From a virus (taxonomy: Duplodnaviria; Caudoviricetes), in IMG/VR virus record IMGVR_UViG_3300042559_002371, positions 1-53,619 of that record: DNA of 53,619 nt, one strand, 5' to 3'. Positions 41,631-53,619 of this stretch are shown in pieces. The translations under genes and the position numbers were made by a program. The stretch's first letter is position 1. The number at the start of each line of letters is the position of its first letter. The notes beneath the pieces are model-generated. The model had not been told where the DNA came from. It did not search any database and was given only the letters and a program-made list of their open reading frames with translations.

Positions 41631-43520
41631 TTACGCCTGTAGGTTTCCGCTCAAAAGCCATGAATTAGCTCCAAGCTTTATTAAAGAAGCTACTGCATAA
41701 CGCTGTTTACTTGTATAACGGCTTCCTTCGCTTAAAACACTCACTCCAGCTGCTCCAGTAACACTAAACACGGCGCTTCCCAATTGAGTAAGGACAATTT
41801 GAGATCCTGTGTCAAATGTATATCCGCCAGTTCCATCTGCTGGAACAGTTACAACAGTAGGAGAAGAGCTGTTTAACTTAACTAAAGAAGCGTTGTCGTT
41901 AGCAGTAAGAGTTACAGAAGATAGATATTGAGGACCAGTTAGGTTGAAGAAGGCAGGTCCTGTTGGTCCTGTAATACCTTGAACACCTTGTGAACCTTGA
42001 GAACCTGTTGGTCCTGTAGGGCCAGGAACTGTAGAAGCTGAACCAGTCGCACCTGTTGGTCCTACTGGCCCTTGAATTCCCTGAGAACCTGTTGCACCTG
42101 TTGGCCCGACAATACGTCCAGTATTCTGCCAAATAGTTCCGTTCCAAACCCACAAGTCTCCTGTTGCGGTAATAACATAAGCATCGTTGATTTGGTTTCC
42201 AGTTGCTGGAAGGTTTACATCTTGGGCAACAGTACCTTTAAATTTAATTGATGCACCTTGAGGACCAGTAGGGCCAGTAGGTCCAATTTCACCAGCACCG
42301 AGGAGCAATCTCCAACTTGCATATGTATTACCCTCGCCATTTATTTTGTCTACATCCATGGTGATTGTTGTTCCCACGATTGTAGTGATAATGCCTTCCA
42401 TATAATCTGTCGGGAAGGTAGCGCTGGCTAAACGAGCTCTTGTTCCAACAGCAAAAGCATCAACTTTATTGACAATAAAGTTTTCAGAACCAAGAGAAAT
42501 TGAAAGATTGCTTGTAGAAGTTACTCCAGCAAAACTTGCACCCGCTGGACCACTAGCACCAGTAGGACCAGTAACAGCAGGACCTGTTGGTCCTGTAGGG
42601 CCAGGAATAGTTGAAGCAGCACCAGTAGGACCAGTAACAGCAGGACCTGTTGGTCCTGTAGGGCCAGGAATAGTTGAAGCTGCACCTGTTGCACCTGTAG
42701 CACCTGTCGCACCACGAAGACCTGCTAGACCTTGCTCACCTTGAGGACCTGTTGGGCCAGTAGAACCAGTTGGACCTATTGGACCACCAGCAGGACCTGT
42801 TGCACCTTGAGCACCTGTTGCACCAGTTGGGCCAGTGACAGATGGACCAGTAGCACCTACTGGACCAGTAGGTCCTACGAATCCACGAGCTCCAGTTGGA
42901 CCCTGAGGACCTTGTAGACCTTGCGCACCAGTTGGACCAGTTACACCTTCTTCACCCTGAGGACCAGTAGGTCCAAGAGCGCCAACTGGACCAGTAGGTC
43001 CACGTTGACCTTCAGGGCCAGTTGCACCTTGAGCACCAGTAGGACCAGCAGGTCCTGTTGGGCCAGTTATATCAAAACCACGAGGACCAGACGGTCCAGT
43101 GTTTCCTTGTGGCCCTGTAGGACCAGTAGAACCTTGTGGACCAGTAGGACCAAGAGCCGTACTCTGAGGACCAGTTGCACCCGTTGGTCCAGTTGGACCT
43201 TCACTACCACTTAAACTTGAAGCAGATTCAACCCAGTAGTCATCAAAATAAACATAAATTTTTCCTGTAGCGGTGTTAAGCCAAGCATCACCTGCAGAAG
43301 CTCCAGTTGGTGGAGTTTCTGAGGCTAATAAAACAGTTCCACGAGAGCCAGTTGGTCCTGTAACTGTGCTTGCAGCACCAGTTGGTCCTTGAGGCCCAGT
43401 AGGGCCTACAACTTGAGAAATAACTAAATTCCAAGAAGTTCCATCCCAACGCCAAGTCTGAGTGCCTGATGTAAATAAATCATTTACTGTAGGAGAATTA
43501 GGAAAATCAATAGCTGCCAT
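41631..43520 (-). CDS. Collagen-like fibre protein (629 aa)
   Basis: MAAIDFP N-module, long GPT tracts, C-terminal domain ending 'WLLSGNL'. Confidence 0.88.
   Translation of the reverse strand: MAAIDFPNSPTVNDLFTSGTQTWRWDGTSWNLVISQVVGPTGPQGPTGAASTVTGPTGSRGTVLLASETPPTGASAGDAWLNTATGKIYVYFDDYWVESASSLSGSEGPTGPTGATGPQSTALGPTGPQGSTGPTGPQGNTGPSGPRGFDITGPTGPAGPTGAQGATGPEGQRGPTGPVGALGPTGPQGEEGVTGPTGAQGLQGPQGPTGARGFVGPTGPVGATGPSVTGPTGATGAQGATGPAGGPIGPTGSTGPTGPQGEQGLAGLRGATGATGATGAASTIPGPTGPTGPAVTGPTGAASTIPGPTGPTGPAVTGPTGASGPAGASFAGVTSTSNLSISLGSENFIVNKVDAFAVGTRARLASATFPTDYMEGIITTIVGTTITMDVDKINGEGNTYASWRLLLGAGEIGPTGPTGPQGASIKFKGTVAQDVNLPATGNQINDAYVITATGDLWVWNGTIWQNTGRIVGPTGATGSQGIQGPVGPTGATGSASTVPGPTGPTGSQGSQGVQGITGPTGPAFFNLTGPQYLSSVTLTANDNASLVKLNSSSPTVVTVPADGTGGYTFDTGSQIVLTQLGSAVFSVTGAAGVSVLSEGSRYTSKQRYAVASLIKLGANSWLLSGNLQA
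42555..42680. repeat. Exact 63-bp tandem duplication
   Basis: Two identical copies (42555-42617, 42618-42680) encoding [21 protein letters not shown]. Confidence 0.9.
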
Positions 43521-43534
43521 TTTTCATCTCCTCC

Positions 43535-44236
43535 CTATAGCTGTGACTCGTATGTAAATTGAATAAAAATTTTGTCATTTCCAGAAAACAAAAACGGAGT
43601 GCTTTCTGTAACTGCCACACCTTCATCAAATGTTGCGGACTGAGAATGCATAAATAGTTCTACGCGGTTTGTAAAGTTGTTGTTGAAAATTGCTGTACCA
43701 AAATAGTTAATTCCTGGACCTTCGTCACGCATAACAACTTGTCCTACTGGTTGATAGTTTGCAACAATTCCAGCGGATGGAAGACTTAAAGAATAAGTAC
43801 CACTACCTCTGTTAAATCCAGATGTACCAGCTTGAATTCTTATCTCACCAAAAATAGTTGCACCTACGTTTGTATATCTTCCTACAATACTTCCATTTCC
43901 AATTTGAGGATTAGTTGTACTGCCATACCAGACAGGTGTGTATAGAGTCCAAGGAGTGATTGCAAAAGATCCTGTAGCACCAGTTGGGCCAGTAGCACCA
44001 GGAATCAGAGAAGGAGCACCAGTTGGACCTGTTGGACCTTCCAATCCTGCTGGACCTGTAGGACCAGTTGCTCCAATAGCTGTCGAGTCTGCACCAGCTG
44101 GACCTGTAGGGCCAGTCGGACCCTGAGCACTAGTACGAACTAGTCGCCAAGCAGTACCATCCCAGAAATAGGTATTAACTCCATTTGTGTAGACCTGATT
44201 TAGCGTCGGGTTATTTGGAAAATCAATCGCTGGCAT
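43535..44236 (-). CDS. Short collagen-like protein with C-terminal knob-like domain
   Basis: MPAIDFP N-module, short GPT tract, beta-rich C-domain (GNGSIVGRY...YSLSLP). Confidence 0.82.
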   Translation of the reverse strand: MPAIDFPNNPTLNQVYTNGVNTYFWDGTAWRLVRTSAQGPTGPTGPAGADSTAIGATGPTGPAGLEGPTGPTGAPSLIPGATGPTGATGSFAITPWTLYTPVWYGSTTNPQIGNGSIVGRYTNVGATIFGEIRIQAGTSGFNRGSGTYSLSLPSAGIVANYQPVGQVVMRDEGPGINYFGTAIFNNNFTNRVELFMHSQSATFDEGVAVTESTPFLFSGNDKIFIQFTYESQL

Positions 44237-44261
44237 GTTATCTCCTCTCTATTCCTAGTTC

Positions 44262-50123
<5,862 letters not shown>

Positions 50124-50229
50124 TAGCGGTGCTCCAGGTCTCGATAGCAAGCGACGGAATCTGCACAGGCAAGCAGACTCCTAGACTGTTCTCTATTGTA
50201 CGCTCTTATAGACATGGCTATGTCTGAAA

Positions 50230-51447
50230 TTATGCAGACCTAGACACTGATAAAACGCTTATATCCCTTCTTGGGTTGTAACCATCGCCAACTACCAAAG
50301 TTAGAACTCCTGGAGGCGACTCAAGACCATGACGGTCCCTAAACCACGCACTTCCGGGGTCAGTTGTTGGGGCTTGAAGCCATAGACGGTTACCTATATC
50401 CATACTCTTAAATGAGTGATAATGCCCAGAAATCCACACATCACAAGCGCCTAAAGGTGTTTGACCAGCGCTTTGCTCAGACAAATACTTGACCACATCT
50501 CTTCCTGTCTGGTGCCCATGGAAAAGTCCAAGCATCACACCAGAAACATTGACTGCCAAAGTCTGATGTTGTTTTTCAGGGAATCTAAATTCCACATGAG
50601 ATAAGTTTTCATTCTCTGCGCAAGCGTCTTGTACAGCACTAGCAATTTCAACATTCCATCCATCTGACGGGTCAGCAGAAACCTGACGAGTTACCTCGTC
50701 GTGATTACCATTGACTACTGGCACAACAATGCGTTCTGCAAATGGAGCAAAAGCTTTAATTTGAGCTAAAAGAAGACGTCTAGCAACTCTAGTTTGTTCT
50801 GTAAGCCCTAAATCAGAGGCTGCAAGTCCTTGAAGCTTTCCATTCTGGCTTACATTTCCCTCAACATGGTCGCCTGGAAGTGGGATCACAACGGTTCCAA
50901 TTGACCTACCAATTTTTCTGAGTTCGTGGAGTCTATGAACTCCCATCTCCGTCAAAGTTAAAAGTCTTGAGACTGTTGAATCCGTCCCTATGTCCCCCTG
51001 CTTTTTACCAATTTGTTGGTCGCTTGGAGCAAATATGTATGACAAATCTCCTGTAATTTTTTGAGAGACTTTTGAAGGTCGCCATTTTGAAACTTCTTGT
51101 AATAATTTTTCTAAATCAAAATCAAGTTCTGAATTACGATGTGCAACTGTAGGAACTAAACTTGCTCGAAAAGCTTCAAGCCAGTCACCTTTATGATTTT
51201 GCCATCTAGATTTTCTTATTGCCGTGATTGTCCAATCATCTGGACTTAAATCAAATTCTTTTAATAATTCAGTGCCATCAGGACTATTTCCTGCTGGTCT
51301 AGGAGTGGAGACAAAATAACCTTCACCCTTTTCTGGGTCTATCTCGAGGCGAGGTCTCCAAGACTCAGGGGTATTAGTCGCTCTTATATCCGAACCGCTG
51401 GGGCCAGGAGAAATTAGCTCGGTCAGCTTGTCGGTTAAAGACGACAT
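50230..51447 (-). CDS. Calcineurin-like metallophosphoesterase
   Basis: SDQQIG, GDHVEG, GNHD, FHGH, GHYH motifs. Confidence 0.85.
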   Translation of the reverse strand: MSSLTDKLTELISPGPSGSDIRATNTPESWRPRLEIDPEKGEGYFVSTPRPAGNSPDGTELLKEFDLSPDDWTITAIRKSRWQNHKGDWLEAFRASLVPTVAHRNSELDFDLEKLLQEVSKWRPSKVSQKITGDLSYIFAPSDQQIGKKQGDIGTDSTVSRLLTLTEMGVHRLHELRKIGRSIGTVVIPLPGDHVEGNVSQNGKLQGLAASDLGLTEQTRVARRLLLAQIKAFAPFAERIVVPVVNGNHDEVTRQVSADPSDGWNVEIASAVQDACAENENLSHVEFRFPEKQHQTLAVNVSGVMLGLFHGHQTGRDVVKYLSEQSAGQTPLGACDVWISGHYHSFKSMDIGNRLWLQAPTTDPGSAWFRDRHGLESPPGVLTLVVGDGYNPRRDISVLSVSRSA

Positions 51448-51722
51448 TAGTTCTCCTTATGTGCCAAGTCTCGACTGGTGTAACAGCGACACTGTTTACG
51501 TCGATGAAGTGTGATAGAAGCAAATGCAATTTCATATCCTTCCTCAAGAAGGATTTTGTGTACTTGTCTATTTGAGACTGTTCCAGATACGGAACGAGTA
51601 GAAAATATAATTTCCAAGGCTTCTTTATCTTCGCCTTGCAGCTGTGTTAAAAGCTTGCCAACACCGCAAGGGAGGCCTGGTTGGCTACGAGTCGCACTCT
51701 TTAATTTCTCAGCTAAACTCAT
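51447..51722 (-). CDS. Hypothetical protein (possible Zn-binding/HTH)
   Basis: 91 aa with C...H....C.C, GGAGG RBS, and TAATG coupling to the phosphoesterase. Confidence 0.7.
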   Translation of the reverse strand: MSLAEKLKSATRSQPGLPCGVGKLLTQLQGEDKEALEIIFSTRSVSGTVSNRQVHKILLEEGYEIAFASITLHRRKQCRCYTSRDLAHKEN

Positions 51723-51860
51723 GCTAATCCTCCAGTTTTATTGTCTATAGAGTTACCGTAAACCTTACAGTTACTCTACGCATCAGGATAGCAGTCAAGA
51801 TATAAAAATGAAATAATTATGTACTTTCGGCGTGTCATAAATATCGCCAAAAAAGTGTTT

Positions 51861-52259
51861 CTAAGAAGAGCTAGACTTACGGCTCTTTCGCTTCACAGGT
51901 GGTTCAGCCATTGGCACAGTGTCTGGAATTACTACTGACTGAGCTAGGACTTTTATCAACAAGTCCTTGGTTTCTAAGTTATCTTTATGCATCTCGGTGA
52001 GCTGCTCTTCTAGCTTATTGGCTTTTCGTGCCACATCTGCTAGACTGAGCCCTCCATTTGCGGAAGGATGGATTGGCTGCGTAGCCACTTCTATCTCTTC
52101 GCGAATGATTCGACGGAGTAGCTTTAACCAAAACCTAGTTACCGCAAAGAAAGCGCCTGTAAGGGTAATCAAAAAGACTAGAATTGCTGAGACATCGCCG
52201 ATGTCTAAGAAATTTGGGGTACCTGGTTCCCACCATTCGCTGGCGAAGGGTATGGACAT
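51861..52259 (-). CDS. Single-pass membrane protein (holin-like)
   Basis: One hydrophobic helix (AILVFLITLTGAFFAV), then NGGLSLAD plus coiled coil and a basic tail. Confidence 0.55.
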   Translation of the reverse strand: MSIPFASEWWEPGTPNFLDIGDVSAILVFLITLTGAFFAVTRFWLKLLRRIIREEIEVATQPIHPSANGGLSLADVARKANKLEEQLTEMHKDNLETKDLLIKVLAQSVVIPDTVPMAEPPVKRKSRKSSSS

Positions 52260-52385
52260 TTGGGTACCGACTTCCGAAATAGGGAACTATAGACATAGTT
52301 TATAGTAAAACTTAGTTGGTTAGTTTTGCCTAGCCTTAAGCGGATTTGTTTTTTGCTACACGCTGGATAAAAATAGGATTTCCTC

Positions 52386-52415
52386 TTGACTCTTATTGTA
52401 GAGTTGGGATAACTT
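52386..52415 (+). promoter_or_regulatory. Possible sigma-70-type promoter for the primase gene
   Basis: TTGACT (52386-52391), 18 nt spacer, TAACTT (52410-52415), then GGAGG RBS at 52431. Confidence 0.45.
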
Positions 52416-52439
52416 GGGTTTCATGACGACGGAGGTTTT

Positions 52440-53619
52440 ATGAGCGACGACTCCGCTGAGCGCCTTTCCAAAGGTGCAAGGTTCTATGCGAGTATTGGTT
52501 GGAATATTCATCCCTGCCACGGAATTATTGATGGTCGTTGTACATGTAGTAAACCCCACGGTGAACCAAAAGAAGTTGGTAAGCATCCAGCATTAAATGA
52601 GTGGAATGTTTTGTCCACAAGTAATGCCGAAACAGTAGACAAGTGGTGGACAGATAACCCTAACTACAACATTGGTGTTCACTGTCAAAAATCTGGATTT
52701 TTTGTAATTGATATTGACCCTCGTTCTGGTGGTCCAGATTCATTTATTAAATTTGAAGAATTAGTTGAAGGAGCACTTCCGCCAACAGTTGAAGCTTTGA
52801 CTGGTGTGTACACCAATGATCGTGGTGTTGCTACTCGTGGGCGTCACATTTTTTATCGTTGCGATGATTCAGAAGGACTTATCGGAAATCTTTCTAAGAT
52901 GGGTCTTAGTGGAATTGATATTAAGCACAACGGCTATGTTCTTATTAATCCAAGTAAGCACTTCTCTGGAGTTAGTTACGAATGGGTTGCTGGAAAAGCT
53001 CCATGGGAAATTGAAATGGCAGAAGCTCCAGAAGAGCTACTTGCTGCGCTTCGGAAAAGAACAAAGAGAACTAATTTCACTTTAGAGTCTGGCGATTGGG
53101 ACGATCTAGAGTATGAAAAAGTAGACATTTCTGGAATTCTTGAAAAAGGTATTGACGAAGGTGCTCGTGCTGTAGATGTTTACAAACTAGCTTGCGCTCT
53201 TGCAAATAAGTTTGGAACTGGTAAAGATGCCCGACGAATGATTGAGTCGGACATGATTCGATTTAATGCAACAAAAATTAGACCACCTCTACACATAGAC
53301 GGAACTAATGGTCTTCTACACCACGTACATAGAGCAATTGATTTTGTCGCCTCAAATCCAAAACTTGGATTCATTTCGCCAGAAACAGCTACATGGCAAA
53401 AAGAGCAAGCAGACCGCTTATCTAAGCAACAAAATGAACTCAAGCCTTTAACTGGAGTCGTCCAACCTGTTAAACAACCAACAATGTTTCCAATGGGCAC
53501 TGGTCCTATATCAAGTACAGTTATGGCTGGCATTGAAGATGGAGACTCCATCGAAGAGGCCACATCTCTAACTAACATCAATGTACCTAAGGACCCAGAT
53601 GCTCTACGAATCGAAGACG
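52440..53619 (+). CDS. Bifunctional DNA primase/polymerase (Prim-Pol), 3' truncated by window
   Basis: Not in the ORF track because no stop occurs in the window. Hand translation: MSDDSAERLSKGARFYASIGWNIHPCHG...CTC...GKHP...WW...PNYNIG....SGFFVIDIDPRSGG...RGRHIFY...GIDIKHNGYVL. Confidence 0.9.
   Translation, partial: MSDDSAERLSKGARFYASIGWNIHPCHGIIDGRCTCSKPHGEPKEVGKHPALNEWNVLSTSNAETVDKWWTDNPNYNIGVHCQKSGFFVIDIDPRSGGPDSFIKFEELVEGALPPTVEALTGVYTNDRGVATRGRHIFYRCDDSEGLIGNLSKMGLSGIDIKHNGYVLINPSKHFSGVSYEWVAGKAPWEIEMAEAPEELLAALRKRTKRTNFTLESGDWDDLEYEKVDISGILEKGIDEGARAVDVYKLACALANKFGTGKDARRMIESDMIRFNATKIRPPLHIDGTNGLLHHVHRAIDFVASNPKLGFISPETATWQKEQADRLSKQQNELKPLTGVVQPVKQPTMFPMGTGPISSTVMAGIEDGDSIEEATSLTNINVPKDPDALRIED

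Noticed and set aside
50150-50230. Small hairpins (about 50157-50180 and 50210-50225) as an ncRNA or riboswitch
   Set aside because: The stems are only 6-8 bp with no recognisable family features and could occur by chance.
52356-53581. ORF-track calls 52356-52586, 52804-53085 and 53180-53581
   Set aside because: They overlap the primase-polymerase frame starting at 52440, which has clear motifs and an RBS.

Overview
A 53.6 kb piece of a large tailed (siphovirus-like) bacteriophage genome. Two whiB genes point to an Actinomycetota host, and the moderately low GC (judged by eye, not computed) would fit low-GC freshwater lineages. There are three blocks. (1) + strand 1-10.9 kb, tail module: tail assembly chaperone with a probable -1 frameshift, tape measure, Dit-like, Tal-like and a chaperone-capped fibre. 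(2) + strand 10.9-21.0 kb, replication/recombination/regulation: family A polymerase, RuvC-like resolvase, SNF2 helicase, Cas4-like nuclease, AAA recombinase, SSB and two WhiB. (3) An inverted - strand block of about 31 kb (21.0-52.3 kb): seven Gly-Pro-Thr/Gly-Ala-Thr collagen-like proteins built from shared modules, two large proteins with ALK/LTK-type glycine-rich domains, a beta-propeller, a CBM-like protein, a subtilisin, and a terminal enzyme trio (SAM methyltransferase, TPR-containing GT2 glycosyltransferase, tryptophan-halogenase-like flavoprotein). A primase-polymerase gene starts at 52440 and runs off the window. The best candidate for a new system is block 3, read as a phage-encoded kit for building and chemically modifying a Thr-glycosylated collagen fibre coat, reminiscent of spore BclA plus its glycosyltransferase. 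That reading is inference. No tRNA, rRNA, CRISPR array, integrase or transposase was seen. All calls come from reading motifs by eye, with no database search.
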